A DNA stretch of 64,000 bases from Eledone cirrhosa (taxonomy: Eukaryota). The position numbers and the translations under genes are program-made. Below are positions 1 to 13,852 of the stretch, in pieces. Numbering within the stretch: position 1 is the stretch's first letter; every line of letters starts with the position of its first letter. The notes under the pieces were generated by a model. The model saw only the letters and a list, made by a program, of their open reading frames with translations. It searched no databases and was not told the DNA's origin. The DNA lies in assembly GCA_964016885.1 (NCBI GenBank), contig OZ024742.1, positions 70,494,001 to 70,558,000 on the forward strand, in the 5' to 3' direction.

Positions 1-266
1 ACCACCACCAATATCATTACAACCACTATTACTACTACTACCGCCACATTCATCCTCATCACTGCTATTACTACCAACAATCAACACCACAGCAGAGAGT
101 TCATAGACAATATTCATAAAAACAAGATATGCTGGTATGTAGGTTGATATAGCTCAGGTAGAAGGGTGTTGATCTATAAATATACCTAATATGGTTAATA
201 TAAACAATCTCATGTCACAAGCTGTTAGGTTTAGTGCGATATGATGCAACAACTACTGTCAACTAT

Positions 267-383
267 AGACATGTAGCTTTGTGTCCAACAACTGCTGTTA
301 AATGTGGGTAGACATGGCTTTGTGTCCAACAACTGTTGTCAAATGTGGGTAGACATGTAGCGACATGTCCAACAACTTCTGTC
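267..383. repeat. ~43-bp tandem repeat, ~2.7 copies
   Basis: AGACATGTAGCTTTGTGTCCAACAACTGCTGTTAAATGTGGGT repeated with small changes. Confidence 0.8.
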
Positions 384-1494
384 GATGAATAGACGAGAGT
401 AGATGAAACAAAATGATATGCAACCATACTTTGAGCAATCCGAGGTACTACATTTGACCGAAGCAACAACAATGGTGTATAAAACAATGCCAATCTCTAT
501 AATAAACTACAATGAACACAAAACAATGTACTTCACATCATGATAGGTTGCAAACAGACAACTACACAACAAAAGCAAAAAACTTTTGGCTAAGATCAAA
601 GTGCAAAATACTAAAAATGCAAGACAACTTGGGCATGTAAAACATACTGCTTGTTTCTGTAACAAACTTTAATTTCCACAGTCCCTACTCCTACATAAGA
701 AACGACCTCTAAATACTCAGACACACAGCTATAATATCCCAGAATACTATTACATCTTTAAAATGCTCTTCCATTAGATCAGACAAGCATGAGGAACACA
801 TGCACACAGAATAGATGCAATATCAAGAGACACAGTGCTAGAATGCATATTACCATTAAGTAGGGAACAGCTACTGTCACACTTTGACCGAGTCCATCTT
901 CCCTGTCTTTACCATGGTCACCACTAGAATCTCCAGGCATAGAGAAATAGACTGGATGGTGGAAAGAGTACAAAACATCTAGACTGTCACACTGCATCTC
1001 ATGATTCATCACTGCATGTCAGATTGTGCAGTATTGCCATAAGCAAGCAGAGCCATGGTTTAACTTAAAAAGCATATCTGTGAGTTGCATTGAGTCGTTC
1101 AATCAACCACCTGTGCGCTGCTGGACTACTTGATCATAAGTTTCCTTAACAACACCACACAAACAGACACACACACACAACAGTATTCATCCATAGGTTA
1201 TCAGTGTTATAAAAGAGACAAATGAAATCAAACACAAACAAGAAATTGAAACTAACACTACAACATACCAATTGTAAGTTTATAGTATTGCCACTACTCT
1301 GTAATATCTGCTTACAGCTAGGTGGATTGGGCTATTTTAAAGTGACCATGGGCAAAACACCTACCAGTAATGAGATGTGAACTACTAAATACATAGCTAT
1401 CCGTTATCCTATTCACTCATCCATTCAAACTTTCCAACAGACTCCTCCAGACCTAAATGCAGCTGATTTCTTCTTCCTGAGAGAGGGGAAAGAA

Positions 1495-1640
1495 TCGACC
1501 TCCAGTAGTGGACTGGTACTTTTTTTTATAGACATCGAAAGGTTGAAAGGCAAAGTTGACCTCGGCGTGATTTGAACTCAGAGCCAAAACAAATACCACA
1601 ACGCACTATCCAACATTCTAATGACTGTCAATTCGCCATC
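1495..1640 (-). mobile_element. SINE-A copy (tRNA-derived, degenerate)
   Basis: Reverse complement of the GAGTTCAAAT..GCCGAGGTCAACTTTGCCTTTCA..CGAT..AGTACCAGT core seen in >10 copies in the window. Confidence 0.75.
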
Positions 1641-3780
1641 AATGTATATAATATAATTCTTGTTCCCAACATAAAATTATTTTCGGATAAAGTGTTTATT
1701 TTAAACACTTTAAAATAAACAGCTTTGTATCATAAAACCAGGGACAGTTTAAAGTGGTAACAAAAGGGTGAAACGTATGAACATAGACATTCCATGAGTG
1801 ACCATCCGATCTATTTTTCATACAGTGTATCTAAATTACATTATCCAATGTGCCGTTCCATTTTTAAGATATAGCATGACATTAGGGAAAATTTGGCTGC
1901 TATTTCTTGTAGGTTGAGCGATCACATGAAGGTTCCCTTGTAGTAATTTTAATAACAATTTGAGAACAGTGGGTGACTCAACACAAATTATTCAGAAAGG
2001 AATTCTAATACCCCACCCTTGCCAACAACACAGAATCAATTATTATTATTATCATTAAATTCACTATGGATAGTAAAGGGCTCTTCTTAAGTGATGATAA
2101 TAGCGAGAGTTTATTAGAGAAGGGGAGGGGGACAAGTTAACAAAATTACAGATAAACTAACAGAAAAATTATATGTTGCGATTATTGAATACAATTCAAC
2201 AATTTTACGCCTCACCCCAACCGCCCGTGTACGCTACAGACTACACATATCATGTAAACACACTCTCAGTAGTGTTCCAAGTTGCAGTGCAAAAACGGTA
2301 TCACAAAATGACGTCATGGCATCTGTGGAAGTGAGTGAAACTGGCTCCTCCTCCTCACACAGCTACAACAACTACAACCGTCTGCTGGAATTACTCATAG
2401 TAATTGTGGTGGTGTATAGTAGACATTTGTGGCGTTGTACACAGACAGTAGTGGTGGTGGTGGTATACATACAGTAGAAGTGTTGGTGTACAGTAAAAGT
2501 GGTCGTCGTCGTAGTGGTGTTGGAATACAGTAGAGGTGGTACTTATAATAGTGTTGATATACAGTAGAGGTGGTGGTGATGGTCGGAGTGGTGTTGATGT
2601 ATAGTTGTGGTGGTGATACTGATAGCGGTGTTAGATATTAACAGACATTGCTGCTGGTGGAATACCCACTACGGCTCACACACACATATCAACCACCCCA
2701 CTACAACACTTTATACACCATTACCTTCACCACCAATAAATAAATACTCCACAAAACTAGGTTAAAATATGCTTTGTAAATACAGACAAAATGGTTAAGC
2801 TAGATGTGTGCATACATACTTGTGTACTTGTAAATACGCACATTTATATACGCTTATATGTATTAATGTGCGAGAGTGTGTGAGTGTATGATGGAATGGT
2901 AAGCCCTTGTCTTTGATAATAAACTTATTATAAAGCCTCAATATTTGTGTGATCAGTACAATGACCAAGGTAGGACGATAAGCACGTTCAGCTAGTCAGT
3001 CCAACAGAGAAAGTGAGAAGGTGATGTCAGGTAAAAAAAGAATAGTCGGAGGTCTTGGAGAGAGGGAGAGAGAGAAGGGGGAGAAAGGAGGACGACAACT
3101 GTAACAATGTAGAGTAGCAATGTTTGTAAACAGAACGCATGTTCACATGGCAGAGGGAGTGAAGTTGTTTTATAGTCGTCAGACCAGGGGTGGAAGAAGG
3201 TAGAACAGTTAAGTGAAGCGTGCCGGACTATCTGAAGCTCAGCCATCGCCAACATAACCATCAACCACTTGTGTGTGAATGAGAGAGAGGAGACAACATG
3301 GGAGATAACTGAATACAACGGACAATTTGAGTGTAAACACACAATGTATGTGTAAGTACACACCCAATGAGCGTATAGTCACTGTGTATGTGCAAACAAA
3401 TGAATAAATATACATCACTGAATGTGTATGGTTAACCCTTTCCTTAGAATATTTCTAATGAAAGATGTTACTTATACTTTCCGAATGATTTTGAAAATAG
3501 TAAAAAATTTGAGAGATTTAGCAATATCAGATTTCTTTTTATTAAGCTGGTGCTTGGAACGCTCGTACATAAAATTATGATCGAAGGTTTTTAGATGAAT
3601 ATTAACACCTTAAAATATACAGCAGTTTCGGGGGCTTTTAGCTAAGGGTTTTCTACCATTTACCTCATACTAAGGTGTGTGTCATCTTCAAGTCTGAACC
3701 ACCACATATTATATATGTGTGTGTACATATGTGAGTCTGTATATATAAATGTATATATATATATATATGTGTGTGTGTAT

Positions 3781-4163
3781 CATCATCATTATTTTACGTC
3801 CGCTTTTCCCTGCTTGCAAGGGTGGAACGGGAACCGATTCTGGCTTGATTTCTACAGCTGGATGCACTTCCTAACACCAACCTCATTTACAGTGAGTGAT
3901 GGGTGCTTTTTTTCCGTGGCGCCTACACGTCCACTTTACAGTGTGGGCTGGGTGGTTTTTTGCCGTGGCACCTCCACGACCACTTTGCAGTGGAATGATA
4001 GGGACCCCAGTCCTATCATCTCATTTCTACAGCTGAGTAAACTGGAGCAATGTGAAATAAAGTGTCTTGCTCAAGGACACAACACATCACCCGGTCTGAG
4101 AATTAAACTTACAACCTTTCAATTGCAAGACCAATGCTCTAACCACTAATCCATGTGCCTCCA
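3781..4163 (-). mobile_element. Full-length SINE-B (tRNA head, CORE-like domain, internal ~46-bp repeats, (GAT)n tail)
   Basis: Near-identical reverse complement of 7214-7556; A-box-like TGGATTAGTGG; GTGTCCTTGAGCAAGACACTT CORE-like block. Confidence 0.85.
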
Positions 4164-4275
4164 TATATATATATATATATATATATATGTAAAAAGTAAA
4201 CAGAAATAACAACACAATCGTTACAGTATATGGAAGGAATATATTAGGTTAACGCTTGAAATGGCAGGAAGAGGG

Positions 4276-4311
4276 TCTTCACGTTTCGGGCCCTAGTCTT
4301 TCATCAGAAGA
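4276..4311 (-). ncRNA. Degenerate minimal hammerhead ribozyme motif
   Basis: Minus strand tctt-CTGATGA-aagactagggccc-GAAAC-GTG-aaga; stem II decayed, N17=G. Confidence 0.45.
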
Positions 4312-4614
4312 AAGAATTAGAAATAAGATAGATTGGAGGGACGGGCGGGGTGCAATTGGAAAAAATGTCTTTAGATAAAAATAACAGGTCCATTCATGTT
4401 GACATCTCTTTTATATAAATGTGTGTGTGTGCTCCCAAAGGGAAGTAGAGGATCAAAATGATAGTATGTAATTGCCAGTTTTTAAAAAAAGGAAATAGCT
4501 CAATGCATTTATATAATATATAAAGGTTTGAAGAAGAAAATATATTCATGAGTGTGAGTGTGTGTGCGTGTGTGTTAGTTTTCAAAAAGGGAAACAAGTC
4601 CCTTGCAGTGAACT

Positions 4615-5880
4615 AGCGTCTGATCACACTCACCTCTCATATCATTAAGGTATTTGAGAGGGTGGTAAGATCACGAATAACTCACTTTCTTGAAAGCTAC
4701 AATCTGCTAAACTCCAACCAACATAAGTTCCATAATGGAAGAGACTGCCTAATGATGACATTTTAAGAGCTTTGAGAGAGAGCTCCAACACTGATGTCAA
4801 CCTTGATTTCAGCAAGGCCTTTGACAAGGTTGATCACATTCTTCTGAAAAAACTGTTCAACATTGGTGTCTCTGGAAAGTTACTGTAATGGATCAAGTGT
4901 TTCCTGACAGAGCCCAACATGTAGTCGAAGGAGTACAATCCAGCCCAGCCAAAGTAAGTAATGTCGTCCCACAAGGAACTGTGTTGGACCCACTTCTTTT
5001 CATTATCTATATCAATAACGTTACTGACGTCATCAAGCACAGCAAGATAAGAATCTTTGCTGATGATTCCAAGCTCCAGAAGGTCAACAATGGAGTGGTT
5101 GACCAGACATGCCTTCAATCAGATTTACTTGCTGCTATCCAATGGGTGGAAACAAAGAATATACTGCTGAACGAGGACACATTTGAACTAATCCACTTTG
5201 GAAAAGAAGATGCACTTAAACTCCTATATTCCCTTCCTTCAGGTGAAACTCTCATGGCATCCAACAACATTGGAGACTTGGGAGTAATTGTTGATTACAA
5301 CATAAGTTGGGCCACACATATAAACAATAAAGTTTACATAGCTCGCAAAATGTGTTCCTAGATTCTCAGAACTTTTCAGTCGAGAGATATCCACACCATC
5401 ATCCATCTCTTCTCTACTTTTGCTCCACTTTACCTTGAATACTGTTGTTCACTGTGGTCTCCCCACACGAAACCAAGTATTATGAAAATTGAAGCACCTC
5501 AAAGGTCAATCGCAAAAAAGATAAATGGCATGACAAGCTTTGACTATTGAGGTCGACTAGAAAAGCTCAAACTCTACTCTCTCCAACGCCACTGTGAGCG
5601 CTACATTATCTGCATGATGTGGAAAATATTCCATCAATATTACCCAAATGATGTTGGCATCATCTTTAAAGTACACCTAAGGCTTGGGCCCCATGCTATT
5701 CGCCCACAAGAAAAATTAAACTTGCATCTCAACAACATTATGGCACAATTATTTCACCTCAACTGGTCCCGCTCTCTTTAGCATTACACAAAAATACATT
5801 AAAACAGAAACAAACCACATAAAATTCAAAAGGTCTTTGGACAGATTCTCTACATGAGTGGGCCATGGTGTCCAAATCTT
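4615..5880 (+). pseudogene. CR1/L2-clade LINE reverse transcriptase fragment
   Basis: LTSHIIKVFERVV, DFSKAFDKVDH (4804), VPQGTVLDPLLF, IFADDSKL, LEYCCSLWSP; stops and frameshifts. Confidence 0.9.
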
Positions 5881-6454
5881 GATTCGAAAGACTGAAACCT
5901 ATCAAAGTTATATGTATATGTGTGTGTGTGTGTGTACATGATGGCTGCAACTCGATTATGAGTAATGCCATCGCTTGATACTTAAGCATGAGCATCACAG
6001 ACATGTTTTTTTAGTCCTGCTAGGGACTCGCCTATGGCCAGCAATGCTATGCATCACAAAAAAAATGTCACATTTTTAAGTGAGGAAGGAGTTTGCATGC
6101 GGCCAATCCCATTCTCTGAACATCGAATGCATTTACCCAAAAAGAAGAACTGGTCTACATCATTGGATGCAAACGAAGTCGCAGGTTTTATATCAGAAGG
6201 ACCTTCTCCTAGAGAGATGTCTTAATTAAGACTAGGAGTCTCTCGCTCCCCCCCCCAAAAAAACTTTATTGGATGGCCATTGACTCATCTGAGTTCCTCC
6301 ACCCTTTGACGGGGTTTGTTTTTCATCCCACAGGGTGTCCAAATTCACCCTCCTCACCAAGAAAGTTTGGTGGGGTTGCCAGTTTAGTCGCCGACGAGGC
6401 GACCATGCACAGGTTATACTGGGTTACATGTTACCAGTAACGTTGAAGAGCGAT

Positions 6455-6456
<2 letters not shown>

Positions 6457-6500
<44 letters not shown>

Positions 6501-6532
6501 TATGTGTCTGTGTGTGTGTGTGTGTGTGTGTG
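6457..6532. repeat. (TG)n microsatellite
   Basis: Direct reading. Confidence 0.95.
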
Positions 6533-7110
6533 TCATCATCGTCATTTAATATCCATTTTCCACGCTAGTATGGGTAGGACGTGTGAGAGATTCAAGTCCA
6601 GAACTGATTTTGACTTGGTTTCTACAGCTGGATGCCTTTCCTAACGCCAACCACATTTACAGTGTGTACTGGGTACTTTTTATAATGACACCTACATGAG
6701 CACATGTGAGGAGGTGATAAAAGCTGACCTTGTACAATTGCACCTCTCTAAGACAATGACAAATACAGAAGAGCTGCCTTCCCTTCCTCACGGACTCAAA
6801 CATACATCCAATTAGCACCTCTTAACCTCTATACTTCCTCCCACTTCTGTCCACACCACCCTTACACTGAAAGGTTATGATGGTATCACAAAAACATCCA
6901 GCCCACACTGTCAAGTGGTTGTGTATGTCGTGACAAAAAGCACCTAGCGCACATTGTAAATGTGGTTCACGTTAGGAAGGGCATTCTTCCTATATGAACA
7001 AGACACAGTCACCTGACCCAACTTGCCTCTAATGAGACAACCTGTCTAACCAATGGTAGCATGGAAAATAAGCATTAAACGATGTTGTGTACATATACAT
7101 ATACATATAT

Positions 7111-7143
<33 letters not shown>

Positions 7144-7213
7144 TATACATATATATATATAATATATATATATATATTATACATATATATATATATTATA
7201 CATATATATACAA

Positions 7214-7556
7214 ATGGAGGCACATGGATTAGTGGTTAGAGCATTGGCCTTGCAATCGAAAGGTTGTGAGTTCAATTCTCAGACCGGGTGATGTGTTGTT
7301 TCCTTGAGCAAGGCACTTTATTTCACATTGCTCCAGTTTACTCAGCTGTAGAAATGAGATGATAGGGACCCCAGTCCCTATCATTCCACTGCAAAGTGGT
7401 CGTGGAGGTGCCACGGCAAAAAAGCACCCAGCACTCACTGTAAATGAGGTTGGTGTTAGGAAGGGCATCCAGCTGTAGAAATCAAGCCAGAATCAGTTCC
7501 CGTCCCACCCTTGTAAGCAGGGAAAAGTGGACGTAAAATGATGATGATGATGATGA
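7214..7556 (+). mobile_element. Full-length SINE-B
   Basis: GGAGGCACATGGATTAGTGGTTAGAGC head, GAGTTCAATTC B box, CORE-like block, GTTAGGAAGGGCATCCAGCTGTAGAAA body, (GAT)n tail; partial copies at ~6533, 6880, 7835, 9290, 9600, 18780, 19330, 22340. Confidence 0.9.
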
Positions 7557-7584
7557 TATATTATACATATATATACATATACAT

Positions 7585-7780
7585 CACATGGCTGAGTGGT
7601 CAGAGAATTTGATTCACAATCGTGAGGTTGTGAATTCGATTCCCGGACCAGACGATGCGTTATATCCTTGAGCAAGACACTTTCTATGTGGAGTTGCGAC
7701 CAATAGATGGTACTAGCAATTGGGAAGACCAATGGAAATTTTGTTTCCTCGGTCCAATTTGACGAAAGTCGATCGACTGA
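7585..7780 (+). mobile_element. SINE with the SINE-B head and an alternative body
   Basis: Same head/CORE block followed by GGAGTTGCGACC..GAAAGTCGATCGA; second copy at 16905-17112. Confidence 0.75.
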
Positions 7781-8606
7781 CATATATACATATATATATA
7801 TATATATTATACATATATTATACATATATTACACATCATCATCATCATCGTTTAACGTCCATCTTCCACGCTAGCATGAGTCTGGACGGGAATTGTTCCA
7901 CTTGAGGCAAGATTGGTTGTCTTGCTCGGGACTGTCTGGCGGGTTTTCTACGGCTGGATGCCCTTCCTAAAACCAACCACATTTACAGTGTGGACTGGGA
8001 GGTTTTTACCATGTTACCTACACATTACATCGTGGACTGTGTGTTTTTTTGTCGTGACACCTATATGACCTCATTTATTTAGGAGAGGATGTTGTGGTAC
8101 CAACATAACTTTACATCAAAAGGGGTTGTGTAGATGGCGGTAGGGGTAGTGGGACGGCGGTGTGTTTTGGTTAAGAGGTGCCTACTGACTGTAGGTTTCA
8201 CTTTGTACTTAGGCAAGGCAGGTCTTCTGTATTACTGCGTAGCGCCAAAGATCTCGGTCCAGTGACATTGTCTTGGGGAGGTGTAAGTGTGTGAGGTCGG
8301 AATTTATCAAGTCATATATATTATACATATATATATATACATATATGGAAAAAATGAAATTTCATTTCTCACTCTTAGTACGGCTGATACTTAAATATAA
8401 GTATGTATACGTACATACATATATGTATACAGACGTACAGTAGTATGTATATACATACATACATGCACACATATATATATGTATGTATGGGTTTACCAAA
8501 CATTTATTATAATGCTCGGTTTGTTTGTAAACAAACAGCCCGAAATTATTAGCCGTACAGTGTTCGGCAGCCATCGTTGCCCTTTTGTTCAACACTGACA
8601 AAGGAA

Positions 8607-8647
8607 CGATGAACTAGTTTCTAGCTTATTAGCTGTCATCAGCACCG
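8607..8647 (-). ncRNA. Minimal type I hammerhead ribozyme
   Basis: cggtg-CTGATGA-cagct aata agcta-GAAAC-TA-GTT-catcg; intact core, 5-bp stem I, GUU cleavage triplet. Confidence 0.8.
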
Positions 8648-8884
8648 TATACCTTCCTGTCAGTCGATTGAACGTTTGAAAGTATATGCTTTCCTTATGC
8701 ATATTTATGGCTGAGCAGCCTAATTTGCATATCGAGTGAGTTAGTCGTCGGGTGTACCGAAAACGATAAATGGAAAAAAGCATGGCTTTCGTCCGGGTAG
8801 AATTTGTTATGCAGCTCTTACAAAACTATGATTGGATACTCAAACAGCTGCTAGACCGTGCAAACGGGGATGTGATAGGCTTGT

Positions 8885-9290
8885 TGTGACAAGGTTGATC
8901 ATGAAATGATATATCACAAACTACGTAGCTTTGGCCTAGCTGGAATACTAGGTGAATGGCTTCATGACTTCTTAAAAGACAGAAGCCAGACTGTTGCAGT
9001 CAATGGGGCTCCTCTCAAAGGAAACGTCAATAACAAGCGGCATGCTCCTGGGAACTGTCTTGGGGCCTCTACTGTTTGTGGTGGCTCTCTCAGACATGCC
9101 CTCTGTAATACGGACAACCTCCCTCACAAGCTATACTGATGACACGAAAGTAGTACAGGCAATCAAGAAATTAGCTGATGCTACTCTCTTACAACATGAT
9201 TTGGGTGCCATATACAGATGGGTTGAAAAAAACAATATGCAATTTAATGCAGGTAAGTCTCAAGGACTCCGCTATCAACCTGCAAACATA
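8885..9290 (+). pseudogene. CR1-clade LINE RT fragment
   Basis: DKVDHEMIYHKL..FLKDRSQTVAVNG, GTVLGPLLF, SYTDDTKV, NNMQFNAGK; frameshift. Confidence 0.85.
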
Positions 9291-11771
9291 GGACTGGGTG
9301 CTTTTTTGTCGTGACACCTACATGACCACTGTACAGTACAGGATGGGCGCTTTTTACCGTGTCACCATCACGACCACTTTACAGTGTGGGCTGGAGGCTT
9401 CACTGGATGTAACTTCAGCTTGTCCTCGTGGGAGTGAGTGGGGTGGTGCATACTATATATATGCTTCAGGTACGGCCTGTCCTCGTGGGAATTCGGGTCT
9501 TCTGTATTACTGAGTAACGCCAGAGATCTCAGTCCTGTGTCATCGCTTTTGAGAGATGCAATTAGGCATGGTTGGCTTTTATCACCTCATCCCAAGTCTT
9601 CCTGTAAATGAGGTTGGCGTTAGGAAGGGTATCCACCAGTAGAAACCAACCCAAAATCAGTTCTGTATGAGCAACACAGGGTCACCGACCTGGCATTGCT
9701 CATAACAGGACAACTCGCCTAACCCATGCTAACGTGGAAGAATGGACGTTAAACGGTGATGATGATGATATAAAGAGTTAGAATTGATAGATAGAGTATG
9801 CGACAGAATTATCAAACTAGATTAGCAGTAGGAAATAGAATTGTGACAATTGCATCTACCTATGCCCCACAGGCAACTTTATGTGTATCTCAAGAAATTC
9901 ACATCGCAAATAACTAGGATTGTTGAAACTAAAGAAAAAAAAAATGATGAAATTAGAAGTTTCCCCGAGGCTTAACCAATATCGGAACGTCTAAGTAGCT
10001 GCATTAAGTCCAAAGCAGTGAAAATTTACTATCACTTGTTCTTCATTATCATTTCAAACTATTTCTGAGAACGATGTAACACAATTTTAATTAAAATAAT
10101 AATTATGTAACCTTCTTACTTCTTAAACTACTTGGATACAATTTAATTAATTATCCAGCACGTTGCCGAAACAAACTGCAGGTATAGATTATTAAATATA
10201 ATAGTAATATAAACTTCTTTCTTTTTTTTTTTTTTTTTTACAATACTGAAAATATTTCTACACAAGATAAATAAACTGTGTGTGTGTGTGTGTGTGCGTG
10301 CGGTTAAAAAATAGATACGATAGGTTAAGTACCAGGTCGAAATTGATAGGTTAAACCAGGGATATCCTAACCTTCTTTTTTTTTTAGACCATCAACACTT
10401 TCATAGAATCTGTGACTCTTCATCGACCCTAGACATGTACAAAAATAAATCAGTAAACAGAATATAAAGTAGACAATAAAGACTAATTGTATACAAATCA
10501 GAAACCTGTATAAGCAAGTTAGATTTTATTGTATTATTTTATATATTTTCATTTCTTATACAAATGTCAGGTTTTGTACCAGAAGTTCAATTGATCGCCT
10601 AGGTGGTCCCATCAACAACATTGAGCACCCCTGGGTAAAACCATTAACGACTGAGCCCCTGCCCGGCAACAATTCAATGTGTAGAATAAATTACACGCAT
10701 ACACGTATGTGTGTGTCAGCGTTAGTATGTTGAAAAGCGATTTTACTTAATTTTGAAAACAGGAAGAAATAATATATGTGCGTGTGTATAATAGAGAAAA
10801 TAGATTTATTTAACACAAAAAAAAAAAAAAGAAAGGTGTTGGGGTTAATGGGCTGTGAAATATGCGAGCGACAATTGGTCAGTCAGTGAGACTATGTGAA
10901 TGTAATCATACTACACAACTGGGACAAACATTGATATTAATTGCAAAATGGACGTTTCTAATCATATGAAAGAGGGGAGGGCGAAAGAAAGTGGTGGTTA
11001 CATCTTATGCTCAAATTACATCAAGGTAGACTGCTTTAAGGATATAGGTACTAGTTAATAGTCTCATCAGGCCGGAGCTTATCCCGATTTATTTAGCGTA
11101 AAGCGACTCAGACAACAAGACTTCCCCTCCTCTGGACAGGACACCAGTCCATCTCAGGGTTAACAGCCAGCTATTACTGGTACTCATTTTTAGCTGAGTG
11201 GTCTGGGGCAATGTGAAATGAATTGCTCGAGAACACAACGCGCCATTTGTTCCAAGAGTGGAACCCGCTATAGCACGATCTACGATCGCAAGTCCCATAC
11301 CCTAACCACTCGGCCACATGCCTTCACCGCCTACCTTTCGACACATACACAAAATATTGCCGAGTGCCTATTTCTGTTAGAAATGATCATTAACTTTGTT
11401 GCACTACTGAAGAACGACTTCTTTGGAATTGCAAGTGCTACAATAATCATATCTCACTAAGCTTCCCTGTAACCATGGTTTATGCCTCATATAATATAAA
11501 GCGTCTTCGCTCACTGTATAAAAAAGGGGGGGGGGGGCAATGACATCACTGCGAGTGAAAGGTGTCAATGTCTTGAGACAAAAATTAACCAAGTCGGGTA
11601 GTTAATTGAATAGACAACTCAGCAGGTTCTGTTTTTCTCTTCTCTCTACGGACCTATTGGCTGCTCATTTCCATGGACGTGGCGGACCAAATAAATAAAA
11701 AAAAAATATATATATATATATATATATTGTTAACTTTGGGAGGGTCATGCTGCCATGGGAGAGTCATGGTG

Positions 11772-11823
<52 letters not shown>

Positions 11824-12442
11824 TACATATATACATATATAATATATATATGTAATATATATATAATATATATACACACACACATATATATAGTCCGCCC
11901 TTCTGTCATTTTACTAAATAATAATTATATATATATGCTTATGTATATAAAAGTCTAGTTAAGAATATTTCAGATTTTGATAGTTATATAACTATTTCTA
12001 ACAGAAGCTACGTTATAAATTCTATAATAAGGAATCAATCGATTTGTTATTTAATTGGTTACATTATTCTATCAATCATAGAAAGGCAGGTAAGAGGCGA
12101 TTTGGGTGTATGTATATATATATATATATATATATATAACACATCGGAACTATGGTTTAACTATATGTAAAGTATAGGAGAAAACTGAATAAATTAAAAT
12201 TGAGAAATAAACATTTTCTTTCTTGTAATGTGGTGGTGTTCAATCGTGTGTCTATTGTTGTTTTGTCTTCAGGTTGCCAGGTGACCTTTCATGAAGAGAG
12301 AGGTAGGTAATAACATATATTAGTGCGAGGATGGGTTGTAAGTTTATAACCGATATATGTAAACAAAACAGTGTTTCACAAACTGACCGTCAACTGTGGC
12401 AGCTACGCAGTAGGCTAATATGTATGTGTGTGTGTGTGTATA

Positions 12443-12486
<44 letters not shown>

Positions 12487-12729
12487 GTCTGATGTCAGCT
12501 ACCAACGAACTGTAGAAAGGATGTTAACGTTGGGTTTATTAGTGATATCAGCAGCAGTAACCTAAGAATAGATAGCATGTTCTACGTTTTGATTTCAAAT
12601 TTTACCAAGGGCGAGTATTTGTTTTATACTCCTCGGGGGTAGATAGAATAAATACCAATTCAGTATGGGGTTTATTAAATCACCTACACCCAGAATAGCC
12701 CAATGTAAACACCCAGCTCTTTGTGTCCT

Positions 12730-12877
12730 GTGTTCAAATTCCACTAAGGTCAACTTTGCCTTTCATCCTTCCGAAGTCGATAAAATAAAGTACCATTCAA
12801 ATACTGGTGTCGATATAATCGACTTACCCCACCACCAAAAAATTGCCGGCCCTGTGCCTTAAAGTAGAAACCATTTA
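12730..12877 (+). mobile_element. SINE-A copy
   Basis: GTTCAAATTCC B box, core, tail GGCCCTGTGCCTTAAAGTAGAAACCATT. Confidence 0.8.
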
Positions 12878-13654
12878 AAAATCGGTGAATTAACAGTATC
12901 GGTAGAACATCAGGCAGAAATTCTTTGAACTAGAAATGATTAGGAGCAGGGTACAGTAAATTTAAAGGGATTGTGGCCTAGTGGTTATGGCGTTGTACTG
13001 ACGATCAAAAGACTGTTCGTTCTATTCCTGGACAAGGTAGCGTGTTGTTTTCTTGTTACGTGCTCTGCCAAGGGTTGCAACTGATAGTATCAGCAATGGA
13101 AACATTGCTTCCTTGGTCCGATCTTATGGTCTGCTTCTTTCCTTAATCTCGGGCGGTTGAAGGTTGAAAAGAGAAACAAATGAAACCAGACAGAATTTCA
13201 TATTAGAAAACGATGGTTTCCCCTATTTCCACATGCCACAATATTCCAGATGAAGAGTGAAGTTGATTGCATCGACCACAGTATATGACAGTTACTTCAG
13301 AAACACTAGCAGGGTTTAAACTAGGGATGAATCTAAATAATTAAGTACTGTAGTGTCTTCGAAGATTGGATGTTAGATTTAGCTTGTGTCATGTAACCAA
13401 AGATCGTGAAAAACGATCGTTTCAACCAGACAAAAATAATGATTTCTAACATTGACACAAGATCACAAGTAGGGAAGAGCGGGAAAATGGACTGTTGAAT
13501 AAATTAACTCAGTTCATGACTTCAGAAGGATGAAAAGCGAAGTTGACTTCAGCAGAATTGGAACTTAGAGCCGGGGCAAATACTACAAAGCATTCTCATA
13601 ATTCTGTTAACCCATCGATTCTGTTAACTCATCGTCCTTCAACCAGGCGGAAAT

Positions 13655-13852
13655 AATTCTTTCTAATATTGGCACAAGGCCAGCAATTTGGGATAGGCGA
13701 AAGTCGATATGGACCCCAGTAATAAACTGGTACTTTATTCTATCAACCCCGGAAAGGTGAAAGGCGGTATTTGGACTCAGAACGTAGAAAGTCGTAACTA
13801 AATAAAGCAAAGTATTTTTTTCCGATGCTCTACCGATTTTGCCAATCCACCA
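13655..13852 (-). mobile_element. SINE-A copy
   Basis: Head, core and tail similarity to other copies. Confidence 0.75.

Noticed and set aside
7214-7290. tRNA gene
   Set aside because: A/B boxes continue into a repeated SINE body; no complete cloverleaf is evident.
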